A stretch of 64,000 bases of DNA, the filler included, from Blastocystis sp. subtype 4 (lineage: Eukaryota), in assembly GCF_000743755.1 (NCBI RefSeq). It is 49 parts of 49 records of this genome, joined end to end, with 100 filler letters (N's around TTAATTAATTAA, not from the genome) between each part and the next. Parts side by side here need not be neighbours in the genome. Positions count along the whole stretch, not along the records: positions 11,862 to 13,074 come from NW_014568643.1; positions 13,175 to 14,404 come from NW_014568642.1; positions 14,505 to 15,701 come from NW_014568641.1; positions 15,802 to 16,996 come from NW_014568640.1; positions 17,097 to 18,290 come from NW_014568639.1; positions 18,391 to 19,584 come from NW_014568638.1; positions 19,685 to 20,876 come from NW_014568637.1; positions 20,977 to 22,701 come from NW_014568636.1; 41 more parts are not named here. The stretch is one strand, 5' to 3'. The notes under the pieces were generated by a model that was not told where the DNA came from, made no database searches, and was given only the letters and a program-made list of their open reading frames with translations. Below are positions 12,371-25,374 of this stretch, in pieces. The stretch's first letter is position 1. Each line of letters opens with the position of its first letter. Made by a program: the position numbers and the translations under genes.

Positions 12371-13174
12371 CTGAAAATCACTAACAATCAAATGAATTCA
12401 TAACTTCTCTTGATCTAATATACCTAGATGATGATAAAGATGTTTGAATCAGTTGTCAAATGTCAAGTATCTGTCTCTCCTTCACGACATGATCGCCTTA
12501 TTCCATAACTGTTATAGTCTTTTAACCTACATATCATCTATCACCTTTCAATTAACACACTTTGAACACTAGAATTCCACTCACTTCCTTATTCTAATCA
12601 TCAACTTTCATTTCCATACCACAAATCATACTACTCTCTCAAATCATCTCTATCCTTCCAGTTCTTATGAAAATCTATCAACCATTCTACTATCTCATTG
12701 CACTCAATCGATACAATCATTCATATTATCTATCAACCATTACATTCATTCTCTTCCATCTTTCATCAACTCATTCATATTCTCCAATTGCATTTCTCAA
12801 TAAACACATTATACATCAATCATTCTCAAACATATTCAAATCTTATCATACTCTTTTCTCTCCAGTCTTTTCAACCATCCCTCGTGACTTCTTATCTTCA
12901 TTCAAACTATTCTACCCATAACTAGAACTACAAAACAGAATAGGATTACACCACCAATAATCATCAATACTATCCCCAACATTATGAATCTCTTCACAAC
13001 AACAGTCAAGCTTCTCTCTTCAAATCCCACTTCATTCCATACTTTAATACTCACATCAATACCATCTCCTAACCNNNNNNNNNNNNNNNNNNNNNNNNNN
13101 NNNNNNNNNNNNNNNNNNTTAATTAATTAANNNNNNNNNNNNNNNNNNNNNNNNNNNNNNNNNNNNNNNNNNNN

Positions 13175-13595
13175 TACTGAGAGATTCATCATTCATAATG
13201 GGAACAGAGAATTCAAGTTGAATATGAACTGCTTGACGATAACATGGTCTTGTATTCTCATACCATTTGGATTGATAGAGAAGGGAATAGTTGCCATGTG
13301 TCCGACTGTGATAATCTTGAAGATGATATGCATTGAGAAAGACAGTAATGAGAAGAGAATCATTGTTGTAACTGCCATAGATATCAATGAGATGAGGTTC
13401 ATTCTTCAAATCAGAGAGAGTCATCAAGTAACTCGTTGGATCTTTGCATGAGAATCTTTTAGACAACGAAATAAAACTCACTACAGGATCGATTGATCTC
13501 TTTTCAACTCCTGCATAATAATAGAAGGTCTAGAATAATGAAGATACAGAGATAGGATTACAATACATAATACAAAGAGTAGTATCAACCTCATG
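13175..13595 (-). pseudogene. Type II membrane protein (glycosyltransferase-like?), disrupted
   Basis: MRLILLFVLCIVILSLYL signal anchor followed by frame disruption. Confidence 0.35.
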
Positions 13596-14154
13596 TTAAA
13601 ATATGCACAATAAACAATACCATTTCGACCTAATTATGGCATGTTTCTTTACTCATGATTATCAACAATGATAAAGAATAAGTACAATCCATTTTGATTG
13701 TGCAAATTGTGATTACCTATTGATATCATCATATTTGAAAGCACTGATATGATTTGTATACAGTGGATAATTCTAGCTGCTTTTTACTATTGTGTTTATT
13801 CTATTCTTAATCATTATCTGCTTCAACAATTGCAGACGAAGAAAATGTGAGAATGATTAGTTCCATTATCGATTACGAACACTATTCTTCATTTACACTG
13901 TCACCAGGAATCAGTGAATACTGAGATGAATACATCATTTCAATGATATATTGAAATCAATCTGTGTACCCTAATACCGTTACTACCGTTTATATTAACA
14001 AAAATGGTCTAATGCGAATGATATTGTATATTAATTCTGCTATAGAATCTTGTACAACAATCTGGTCCCTCCGAAATGAAAAGATACTCTATCATCAAAC
14101 ATTTTGCAACTCACTATCTGCAACTATAACCATCACCTTAAATACCGAATACTT

Positions 14155-14404
14155 GTGATGTAGATGTCTGAAGCGATTGATACTACTTCATCATGACGAT
14201 CACGCACATCAAACTGAAACGAATGCAAATCACTCATACAAACTCACTCCTGGCATGTTCAAATGACTAAACAAACACACATTGTTCAATCCCATTGTTG
14301 AATAAATCATACAATCCACTAATGGACTTGTTTCAAATGATATCATTTGCTTTACCAGATTACTGTAGATTCGAATACAATTCAATCCATTTGATACATC
14401 TACT
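14155..14404 (-). pseudogene. Penton/minor-capsid-like C-terminal fragment
   Basis: VDVSNGLNCIRIYSNLVK aligns with IDITTGCQTLNVYSSIIK of 24090..25018; after a frameshift FQFDVRDRHDEVVSIASDIYI; DNA near-identical to 55326-55387. Confidence 0.6.
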
Positions 14405-14504
14405 NNNNNNNNNNNNNNNNNNNNNNNNNNNNNNNNNNNNNNNNNNNNTTAATTAATTAANNNNNNNNNNNNNNNNNNNNNNNNNNNNNNNNNNNNNNNN
14501 NNNN

Positions 14505-15701
14505 GTATGTGTTCCAAGTGGAATCATCGAAACTGACAGTATTCCAATCACTTGACACATCACTCTGTATCACCTTCCAATCTGTGTATTCAATCTGGAA
14601 TGGAAGAAATGTTGAGAACACAGTTGATACATAGATCGGTTTCGTTCCACTGTTCATTTCCATGATATCCAACTCCATCTCTCCCAAATCAACAGTCAGA
14701 GTGTAACCAGATCCTATACTCCATCCATCTCCATATGAATCAGATCCTTCAAATGTGTAGATTCCATCATTCAAACAGAAATCAACATAGTAATAAGCAC
14801 TTGATACAGGGAACTCGCTTACAGATCTCAAAACAGTTCCTGAGGTTCCTCTTCCTTCATACAGTTTCCATGAATTCTCAGCCGGAGAACTATCAGCTCT
14901 GAAACGAACAGTCATCAGACTCTTGCCATCTGTACAAATTGTAACTGATAGAGAGATAGTATCAGTCACATCTCCTCCACTTATCTTAGTAGCAGTGATG
15001 GTGTAGGTTTGAGCAGGACTCTCAGAAGTGGCAGTACCTGAAATCCAACCAGTATAAGGATCCAACACAATACCAGTAGGAAGAGAAGGATTGATTCTGA
15101 AGTTGAAATAACCATCATTATTCTGAGGAATCATTTCAGACATCTCAATATCCTTGAAAATAGTGATTGAAGAATCATAAGTGAAGTTAGGAATATCAAC
15201 CAACACATTATCAGCAAACAGATCCAGAGATTGAACTCTCCAAGCACAAGCAGAAGGATTACCAGTACCAAAGTTCTCAAACTTGAATTGATTGTAAGGA
15301 GTATTGTTAGAGAAGTAGATTCTTCTCTTCTGACCAGGAGTTGAATAAGTGAGACCAGTGACTTCCTTCAGAAGTGTCCATTCATCTGTATCTGAGTTAC
15401 GACCATACAGATTGAATTGAGTTGTCTCCTGGCCAATATATGATGCTGAAGAGTAATAGTTCTGAATCTGAACAGAACTGATCCATTCACGACGATTGTT
15501 TGATAGAGTCACAATCAAAGAATTGGAAGTACAGAATGAATAATAGATAGTTGTTCCATAATACATATCAAATGGATCAGTGGCTCCAATCATTCCAGTA
15601 GATGAAGCAGTGAATTCCCAGATATGAGATTCAGATTGTTCTGATGACATCAAACGAACAACTGCATCGAAATAGGATGTGGTGTAACTGTCAGTAATAG
15701 C
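14505..15701 (-). CDS. Surface-protein module A fragment
   Basis: Open paralog. Confidence 0.85.
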
Positions 15702-15801
15702 NNNNNNNNNNNNNNNNNNNNNNNNNNNNNNNNNNNNNNNNNNNNTTAATTAATTAANNNNNNNNNNNNNNNNNNNNNNNNNNNNNNNNNNNNNNNNNNN
15801 N

Positions 15802-16420
15802 ATTTCATTCATATGTTATCATATTCACTTCTATCATCAATACTCTTATCAATCTTCAATCAACTATCTTCATCCCATCGTTTTCAAATCAGTATCTCTT
15901 CTTTTCAGTTATTACATAATTCATTCTCATTCTTATTTGAATCATGTATTTCTTTCTTGATTCTGAATTACTGTGATAATACAATCAAAGGACTGTAAAC
16001 AACATGCAAACATGTATCACTACTTCGTTCCAGAGAATACTAATTCAATCACTCTTCACATCCATCTTGTTGTAACATGATAACAATATAGTGTTAATTC
16101 TATTTTGACTTATTGAGGATACTTCGATAGTTCAGCACAAGTAGTTGTGTATTAACTAACCCTTTTGATATATCAAGACTACTAATCAAAGGTAATCTTC
16201 AAACTGGTTACTAGAATCATGAAAAACAATAAATTAGGATGAATAATTCTGAAGACTGTTGGATCAATAGAAGTTGAGAGTGAATTCTCGATATCCATAG
16301 GTGGCAACTATGATGAAGACAGCATTATTCTCCTTCTTCAGGTTCATCATCTCATCATACCTATTCGAGACTTGATATCATGAAGGTGAAGATTCTGATA
16401 GAGTGACCATTCTTCATTTC
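15802..16420 (-). pseudogene. Nucleotide-diphospho-sugar transferase (GT77-like) pseudogene
   Basis: VATYGYREFTLNFY*SNSLQNYSS; DNA homologous to 57790-57861; stops. Confidence 0.6.
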
Positions 16421-16549
16421 CAATAGACTTTTGATTGAGATTGATTCCCACAAACTGATAAAATTGACTATAAAGTGTACATAAGTGAAGAGTATTGAAG
16501 AAACAATTCATCCATTATTCGTTCATTTAATCGCGTCCATTCAAATTCT

Positions 16550-16996
16550 GATGAAATCAGTTGTCTTTCAATGTCTTCTTCTTTCTATCATCCTCTATCA
16601 TTCCTGTTTCATTCGACAATACTCTTTCTCATATCCTAAAGTCATTCAGATTCCTTATCACATTGTTCCATTCAATCTTTCCTTGTTTGAGAAGAGGAAT
16701 GATGGATGGATTCGTCATTGTAGAGTCAACTATCGACAATCTCTTTCTTCTGTCATTCTAATCATTGTCAATCATCATTATTCTTCATTCTACAAAACTT
16801 CATTCTTTGATAATCAGTATTTCCCTTCATTCTGTTCTCAATTCGATTCTGACTTTGATTATGTATTCATTGGACCCAAAGAAAACTCAATCAATCTAGT
16901 TCTATCAAATGAGCTTCCAGAAAGAGGATACTATTCATATATGTCTTTGAATAGAGTATTAGATCGATTCTCACGAACTGATGGATTTGATTACAA
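16550..16996 (+). CDS. Hypothetical type II membrane protein, 5' part
   Basis: Hydrophobic N-terminus; frame open to contig end. Confidence 0.4.
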
Positions 16997-17096
16997 NNNN
17001 NNNNNNNNNNNNNNNNNNNNNNNNNNNNNNNNNNNNNNNNTTAATTAATTAANNNNNNNNNNNNNNNNNNNNNNNNNNNNNNNNNNNNNNNNNNNN

Positions 17097-18290
17097 GTTC
17101 CAAGTGGAATCATCGAAACTGACAGTATTCCAATCACTTGACACATCATTCTGTATCACCTTCCAATCTGTGTATTCAATCTGGAAAGGGAAATACGTTG
17201 AGAACACAGTTGTTACAGTCACAGGCTTAGTACTCTGACTGCTCATTTCCATGATATCCAACTCCATCTCTCCCAAATCAACAGTCAGAGTGTAACCAGC
17301 TCCTGTCCCCCACCCATCTCCAAATGAATCAGCTCCTTGGAATGTGTAGATTCCATCATTCAAACAGAAATCAACATAGTAATAAGCACTTGATACAGGG
17401 AATTGTTCTACAGACCCCAACACAGTTCCTGAGGTTCCTCTTCCTTCATAAAGCTTCCATGAATTCTCGCTAGGTAGACCATCAGCTCTGATACGAACAG
17501 TCATCAATCCTTTCCCATCTGTACAAATCCCAACAGAGAATGTTATAGTTTCAGTTACATCTCCTCCACTAATCTTAGTACCAGTGATGGTGTAGGTTTG
17601 AGCAGCACTCTCAGCAGTAGCAGTACCTGAAATCCAACCAGTATAAGGATCCAACACAATACCATCAGGGAAAGCAGGGGAAACGTGGAAGTTCATGTAA
17701 CGATCTCCATTCTCAGGAATTACTTCAGACATCTCAATATCCTTGAATATAGTGACTGAATCATCATAGGTGAAGTTTGGAATATCAGCCAACACATTAT
17801 CAGCAAACAGATCCAGAGATTGAACATTCCAACTGCAAGAAGAAGAATCACCAGTAGCAAAGTTCTCAAACTTGAATTGATTGTAAGGAGTATTGTTAGA
17901 GAAATAGATTCTTCTCTTCTGACCTGGAGTAGAATAAGTGAGACCAGTGACTTCCTTCAGAAGTGTCCATTCATCTGTTCCCAAGTTACGACCATACAGA
18001 TTGAATTCAGTAGCTTGTTCATTACTATATACTGTTGACCAATAGTTCTGAATCTGAACAGAACTGATCCATTCACGACGATTGTTTGATAGAGTCACAG
18101 TCAGAGAATTATCAGAACATATTGAAGAATAGACATAGCTAGAATAATACATGTCGAAAGGACCGGATGATGTTCCATACATACCTGTCATTGAAGCAGT
18201 GAATTCCCAGATATGAGATTCAGATTGTTCTGATGACATCAAACGAACAACTGCATCGAAATAGGATGTGGTGTAACTGTCAGTAATAGC
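17097..18290 (-). CDS. Surface-protein module A fragment
   Basis: Open paralog. Confidence 0.85.
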
Positions 18291-18390
18291 NNNNNNNNNN
18301 NNNNNNNNNNNNNNNNNNNNNNNNNNNNNNNNNNTTAATTAATTAANNNNNNNNNNNNNNNNNNNNNNNNNNNNNNNNNNNNNNNNNNNN

Positions 18391-19584
18391 TCATCGAAAC
18401 TGACAGTATTCCAATCACTTGACACATCACTCTGTATCACCTTCCAATCTGTGTATTCAATCTGGAAAGGGAAATACGTTGAGAACACATTTGATACATA
18501 GATCGGTTTGTTTTCCTGACCATCCATCTGCATCATATCCAACTCCATCTCTCCCAAATCAACAGTCAGAGTGTAACCAGTTCCAGTAGCCCAGCCATCT
18601 CCAAATGAATCAGATCCTTCAAATGTGTAGATTCCATCATTCAAACAGAAATCAACATAGTAATAAGCACTTGCTACAGGGAACTCACTTACAGATTTCA
18701 GTACAGTTCCTGAGGTTCCTCTTCCTTCATACAGTTTCCATGAATTCTCAGCCATATTATTGTCAGCGTAGATACGAACAGTCATCAATCCCTTGCCTCC
18801 AGTACATACTGAAACTGATAGAGAGATAGTATCACTCACATCTCCTCCACTAATCTTAGTAGCAGTGATGGTATAGGTTTGAGTAGTACTCTCAGTAGTA
18901 GCAGTACCTGAGATCCAACCAGTGTGAGGATCCAACACAATACCAGCAGGAAGAGAAGGATTGATTCTGAAGTTCATGTAACCATCATTATTCTGAGGAA
19001 TCACTTCAGACATCTCAACATTCTTGAATACAGTGACTGAAGAATCATAGGTGAAGTTAGGAATATCAGCAAACACATTATCAGCAAACAGATCCAGAGA
19101 TTGAACTCTCCAAGCACAAGAAGAAGGATTACCAGAAGTAAAGTTCTCAAACTTGAATTGATTATAAGGAGTATTGTTAGACAGATAAATTCTTCTCTTC
19201 TGACCAGGAGTAGAATAAGTGAGACCAGTGACTTCCTTCAGAAGTGTCCATTCATCTGTATCTGAGTTACGACCATACAGATTGAACTCAGTTGCCACCT
19301 GATTACTGTATGATGATGCAGTATAATAGTTCTGAATCTGAACAGAACTGATCCATTCACGACGATTGTTTGATAGAGTCACTATGAAAGCATTCTCAGC
19401 ACAGGTTGAATAATAGATGGCACCTCCATAATACATATCGAAAGGACTAGTTTTTGTTTGAACCATCCTTGTAACTCTAATAGAGTATTCCCAGATATGA
19501 GATTCAGATTGTTCTGATGCCATCAAACGAACAACTGCATCGAAATAGGATGTGGTGTAACTGTCAGCAATAGCAACAATCGCA
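18391..19584 (-). CDS. Surface-protein module A fragment
   Basis: Open paralog. Confidence 0.85.
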
Positions 19585-19684
19585 NNNNNNNNNNNNNNNN
19601 NNNNNNNNNNNNNNNNNNNNNNNNNNNNTTAATTAATTAANNNNNNNNNNNNNNNNNNNNNNNNNNNNNNNNNNNNNNNNNNNN

Positions 19685-20876
19685 TTGCGATTGTTGCTAT
19701 TACTGACAGTTACACCACATCCTATTTCGATGCAATGGTTCGTTTGATGTCATCAGAACAATCTGAATCTCATATCTGGGAATTCACTGCTACAATGAGT
19801 GGGATAACAGGATCTGTGTCCAATCCTTTCGATATGTATTATGGAACTAACATCCACTATTCATCCTGTGCTACCAATTCTCTGACTTTGACTCTATCAA
19901 ACAATTGTCGTGAATGGATCAGCTCTGTTCAGATTCAGAACTATTACTCAACAACATACAGCAATAACAAGGCAACACAATTCAAATTGTATGGTCGTAA
20001 CTTGGGAACAGATGAATGGACACTTCTGAAGGATGTATCAGGTTTGATATATTCCACTCCTGGTCATAAGAATAAGATCTATATAGCAAATAACATTCCT
20101 TACAATCAATTCAAGTTTGAGAACTTTGGTACTGGTAATCCTTCTGCTTGTGATTGGTATGTTCAATCTCTGGATCTGTTTGCTGATAACATGATGGTTG
20201 ATATTCCTGACTTCACTTATGATTCTACTTCAGTCACAGTATTCAAGGATATTGAGATGGCTGAAGTGATTCCTCAGAATGGATATCAGCATTTCGACTT
20301 CAGAATCAGTCCTTCTCTTCCTACTGGTATTGTGTTGGATTCTCTCACTGGCTGGATCTCAGGTACTGCCACGATCGTGAGTGATCCTCAAATCTACACC
20401 ATCACTGCTACTAAGATGACTGGAGGAGATGTGACTGCCACTATCTCTCTCTCAGTTTCAATATGTACTGGAGACAAGGGATTGATGACTGTTCGTTTCA
20501 GAGCTGATTCTTATCCTAAAGAGAATTCATGGAAACTGTATGAAGGAAGAGGAACCTCAGGAACTGTGTTGAGATCTGTAGACGAATTCCCTGTATCGAG
20601 TGCTTATTACTATGTTGATTTCTGTTTGGATAATGGAATCTACACATTTGAAGGAGCTGATTCAAATGGAAATGGATGGTTTTACTATTCTGGTTACACT
20701 CTGACTGTTGATTATGGAGAGATGGAGTTGGATATCATGGAAATGAATGCTGGAATGAAACCTGTGACTGTATCAACTGTGTTCTCAACGTATTTCCCTT
20801 TCCAAATTGAATACACAGATTGGAAGGTGATACAGAGTGATGTGTCAAGTGATTGGAATACTGTCAGTTTCGATGA
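19685..20876 (+). CDS. Surface-protein module A fragment
   Basis: Open paralog. Confidence 0.85.
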
Positions 20877-20976
20877 NNNNNNNNNNNNNNNNNNNNNNNN
20901 NNNNNNNNNNNNNNNNNNNNTTAATTAATTAANNNNNNNNNNNNNNNNNNNNNNNNNNNNNNNNNNNNNNNNNNNN

Positions 20977-21344
20977 GTATCTACTGTAAGTTCAGTCTCT
21001 AACCATTCACCTTTAGCATTGTACACATTAACACCATGAACACCATCTTCTGCAAATGGTACTTTTGTTGTTGAACTAATGTTTAACTTGTGTTCACAAT
21101 TGCCTTGCATTGTGTTTAACCAACGATTAAACTCTTGTTCCCTATCTTTGCAATATAGAAGCAGGATATCTAATGGATCAGCATTCCTGGCGAATTGTTT
21201 GTTGTCAAGAAAACCAATATCAACACCCATCTGTTCCAACTTCAAGATCTTGGTGATCTTCCTCATATCATATTTGTAGGTCTTGAATATGTTCTGATAT
21301 TTGGGATTGTTTGCAAGCTCTTCAAATTTGTTAATTGTTTCCAT
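20977..21344 (-). CDS. Intron-less hypothetical protein of virus-like contig
   Basis: ATG-initiated ORF, co-oriented with the KilA-N ORF, open to contig edge. Confidence 0.55.
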
Positions 21345-21454
21345 CTTAATTAATGATATTTGAAAGAGATATTATTATGACTTTTATCTAATTAGTTTAG
21401 CTTCTTAATCAACCATTTATTATCGCCTCCATATTACAAGGCGTTAAATATTGA

Positions 21455-21838
21455 TTATTCTTTATCAACTGCAAGAGCAACATGAATACGATAAGGATCT
21501 GTGATTTGTAGGGAATGTTGATATCCATCTTTCCATACTGAAGGACCTAAACTTACACTACATACACAATTTGATTCAGGTAATGTGATAATGTAGTGAT
21601 AACTATTGGAATATGTAAAAGGAGCATATGTAGAGTCAATTACTCGTTGTCCACTACGCAGAATCATATGATAAAGCACAGGATCTTGTATGAAAACATC
21701 ATCAAGTAGTCCTAGATCATTTGTGCAATTTGGTAGTTCTAAATCCTTGTAATAATGTTCTTTCAAGTTGTTCAAATGATATTCCAACAATTCGGATAAA
21801 CATTTATTCAGTTGACCAGGGCATTCTTTACTGTACAA
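21455..21838 (-). CDS. Intron-less hypothetical protein of virus-like contig
   Basis: 127-aa ORF between KilA-N and the next ORF; start uncertain. Confidence 0.45.
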   Translation of the reverse strand: MYSKECPGQLNKCLSELLEYHLNNLKEHYYKDLELPNCTNDLGLLDDVFIQDPVLYHMILRSGQRVIDSTYAPFTYSNSYHYIITLPESNCVCSVSLGPSVWKDGYQHSLQITDPYRIHVALAVDKE

Positions 21839-21879
21839 AGTAAAAGAACAACATCATTTGTAATAGGTAAAGCTTTAAG

Positions 21880-22701
21880 TATTATGGCTCTTCATCAATA
21901 TCACAACGCCAACACAAATCATTACGTACTTGTTTAAGAGCCATTCTGATACTATAATCAAAATCTGAATCATTATCATCCCAATTACAAATAGGAATAA
22001 CAAACTCTGAACGTTGTGTACCCATAGCATGTATAGCGTTCAACAATCTCCTTTACACGATCAAATGCATTGTATCTGAATGTGTATCCATTAGGAAGAT
22101 TCTTAACGTAGTAGATTCTATTCTTTTGATTTACATAGTTTCGAAGTTTCTTACGATTATAGCTGGACATTAGATGTACAAAATGATCATCTCTTTTGAC
22201 AATCTTCAAAACATATGTCCATTGCTGCTCTTTTGTATCTTCAATGTAACGATTCTTGTATATGGCAGTTTCTGCTAAGGCAGTCTTAAGACCATCCTGT
22301 AATGTTTCGATTTGATGATTCTTATCATTTAGTACACGAACCATCATATCATTATCCACAGCACGAAGATTGGTCAAGAATGTTAGCACTTTGTTGGCAA
22401 ATACACGATCAGCCCACATCAAACAATCAATTAGTAGTTGTTCACAAACAACATATCTATTGTTATGTCCTCTTGATACATTCGAAATGATAACATACTG
22501 GATGACATGAGGAATATCCCATAATACTGCTTTATCATCAGCGTTTTCAACTGTAGTACGTTCACGGCTCGAATCCGAGCCGTGATTGTTGCTGTGCAAC
22601 TTTTGATCTACGACCAAATCATCTACGTTTTCAACCGTGTTACATTGATGGCTCGGATCCGAGCCATCAGTATCATTTGGCCAATTCATGAGTAATTCCT
22701 T
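21880..22701 (-). pseudogene. KilA-N domain protein with coiled coil, probable 3' frameshift near 22025
   Basis: RGHNNRYVVCEQLLIDCLMWADRVFANKV resembles the KilA-N GTYVH..L...A.W.SP.FA.KV end motif; an alternative frame continues GTQRSEFVIPICNW...EEP*. Confidence 0.65.
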
Positions 22702-22801
22702 NNNNNNNNNNNNNNNNNNNNNNNNNNNNNNNNNNNNNNNNNNNNTTAATTAATTAANNNNNNNNNNNNNNNNNNNNNNNNNNNNNNNNNNNNNNNNNNN
22801 N

Positions 22802-23989
22802 TTGCGATTGTTGCTATTGCTGACAGTTACACCACATCCTATTTCGATGCAGTTGTTCGTTTGATGCCTTCAGAACAATCTGAATCTCATATCTGGGAAT
22901 TCACTGCAAGTATGTCTGGAATTACTGGAACTGCAACCAATCCTTTCGATATGTACTATAGTAATAGTATCTCTTCTTCATCCTGTACTGAGAATTCTCT
23001 GATTGTGACTCTATCAAACAATCGTCGTGAATGGATCAGTTCTGTTCAGATTCAGAACTATTATTCAGCTCCTAATGGAGATAGTAAGCCTACTGAATTC
23101 GTTCTGTATGGTCGTAACTTGGGAACAGATGAATGGACACTTCTGACCAATGTAACTGGTCTTATCTACTCGACTCTGGGTCAGAAGAGAAGAATCTATC
23201 TCCCTAACAATATTCCTTACAATCAATTCAAGTTTGAGAACTTTGGTACTGGTGATTCCTCTACTTGTAAGTGGTATATTCAATCTCTGGATCTGTTTGC
23301 TGATAACACTTTGGCTGATATTCCTAACTTCACCTATGAGTCTTCAATCACCGTGTACAAGGACATTGAGATGGCTGAAGTGATTCCTGAGAATGGAGAT
23401 GGTTATTTCGACTTCAGAATCAGTCCTTCTCTTCCTGCTGGTATTGTGCTGGATTCGCACACTGGTTGGATCTCAGGTACTGCCACTGCTGAAGGTTCTG
23501 TTTCTACCTACACCATCACTGCTACAAAGGTTACTGGAGGAGATGTGACTGCTATCATATCATTCTCTGTTGCTTTGTGTACTGGAGATCGTGGATTGAT
23601 GACTGTTCGTTTTAGAGCTGATGGTTTCACGGCTGAGAATTCATGGAAACTGTATGAAGGAAGAGGAACCTCAGGAACTGTTCTTCAATCAGTATCTCAA
23701 TTCCCTGTGATGTACGCTTATTACTATGTTGATTTCTGCTTGGAGAATGGATTCTACACACTGGAAGCAGCTGATTCATTTGGTGATGGTTGGGCTGTAG
23801 GAACTGGTTACACTCTGACTGTGGATTTGGGAGAGATGGAGTTGGACATCAATGAAGTACCCGAATCAGATACCAAGCCCTCTACTGTGACTTCTGTGTT
23901 CTCAACATATTTCCCTTTCCAGATTGAATACACAGATTGGAAGGTGATACAGAGTGATGTGTCAAGTGATTGGAATACTGTCAGTTTCG
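22802..23989 (+). CDS. Surface-protein module A fragment (more divergent)
   Basis: Open paralog. Confidence 0.85.
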
Positions 23990-24089
23990 NNNNNNNNNNN
24001 NNNNNNNNNNNNNNNNNNNNNNNNNNNNNNNNNTTAATTAATTAANNNNNNNNNNNNNNNNNNNNNNNNNNNNNNNNNNNNNNNNNNNN

Positions 24090-25018
24090 GATTTGAGCAC
24101 CATCAATAACAACAATCTGAGTGGATGTGATATTGTGTATTTTGGCATCTGCAAGAAGAGATAATCGAGTGATATAACTGTTGTTAGGTAGTTGAATATC
24201 ATTATTGAAATTGATTGTAGTATGTGGATTGTTAATAGGAATGGTGATGTTTGTGATATTGATGAGATTGAGTTGAATGGCATCTTCAATTGTATCTGTT
24301 TTGATATGTGTTTGAATAGTGGATATATTGATGTATACATTGAGAATAGCATTGAAATTGACCTTTTGATTGGTTTCTACAGATGTGAGAATGAAATCAA
24401 CGAAGTCTGATGAACTGGTATGAATACATTGGTGAAGTGTTGTGTGTTTGGTTTTGTTAGGTCCTTGATAGAGAAAGAACATAGTAGATTGTTAGCAGAA
24501 TGAGATACAGATTGAGGTGCTGATTTGATGATTGAGCTGTAGACATTGAGTGTTTGACAACCAGTTGTGATATCGATGATTCCATCTGAAACATATGTGC
24601 CTTTAGAATAGAATTGTTTGAATTTGAAGACTTTGATGAGGTCAGGAGCTTGTATGTTTCTGTTAGTGGTGAGTTTGGCTTTACCGAAGTTGTTTCCTTT
24701 GATGATGATGTCTAGAGTGACATTGTAGAGTGCTAGTGAATTGTTGATTTGAGCAGATAATTGATCAATAGTGTATGCACCATTAGGAATAGGAATTGAT
24801 GTGTAATCACTGGTTGAACCTCCAAGAGATTGAACAAGGATTGTATTGCCTGTATTGATGTTTTGAAATATGGGTAATCCATCTGTTAGTGGTTGTAGAG
24901 TGATAGTGATATCTGTGATGAATGAATTGTTTGGAAAGTTGTAGACTTTGTCTAAATGAATCTTACTGTCTTTGATTGTTTGTTGTCCTTGAAGTACAAA
25001 GTTGTTGATGACTTTCAT
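24090..25018 (-). pseudogene. Penton/minor capsid protein-like (Polinton/virophage type), frameshift near 24415, second jelly-roll-like repeat starting
   Basis: IPIPNGAYTIDQLSAQIN and LNVYSSII..NLLCSFSI motifs; beta-rich, I/N/T-rich, intron-less; internal repeat FPNNSFITDITI / LPNNSYITRLSL. Confidence 0.65.
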
Positions 25019-25038
25019 TTTTATTACAAAGTAAGAAA

Positions 25039-25274
25039 ATGCAAGAAGGAAATAGTCCTTCATTCAATCGACAGATAACAGCAATGTACAAAGGAGTTCA
25101 TGTAAATCCATATACAAACAAAGTGACATCTCATGTGAGTAAGAACACAAAGAATTTCATCGAATCTGCAATCAGTAAGAATCATCAAATCAACTTCACA
25201 CACAACAAATTGTGTGAAGAGGATATTCAACGATTGAAAAGGGAATTGTTTGAGTTGAATATTCCTTGTGAAGA
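25039..25274 (+). CDS. Hypothetical ORF divergent from the penton-like gene
   Basis: ATG ORF open to contig edge, intron-less. Confidence 0.4.
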
Positions 25275-25374
25275 NNNNNNNNNNNNNNNNNNNNNNNNNN
25301 NNNNNNNNNNNNNNNNNNTTAATTAATTAANNNNNNNNNNNNNNNNNNNNNNNNNNNNNNNNNNNNNNNNNNNN

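Noticed and set aside
12667..12925. Ser/His/Ile-rich ORFs in G-poor tracts (also 26744-27214, 62323-62721)
   Set aside because: Stop-poor because of strand skew, or antisense to real genes
14269..14277. TGTTTGTT on the minus strand as a poly(A) signal
   Set aside because: Lies inside the penton-like coding remnant with no gene end nearby
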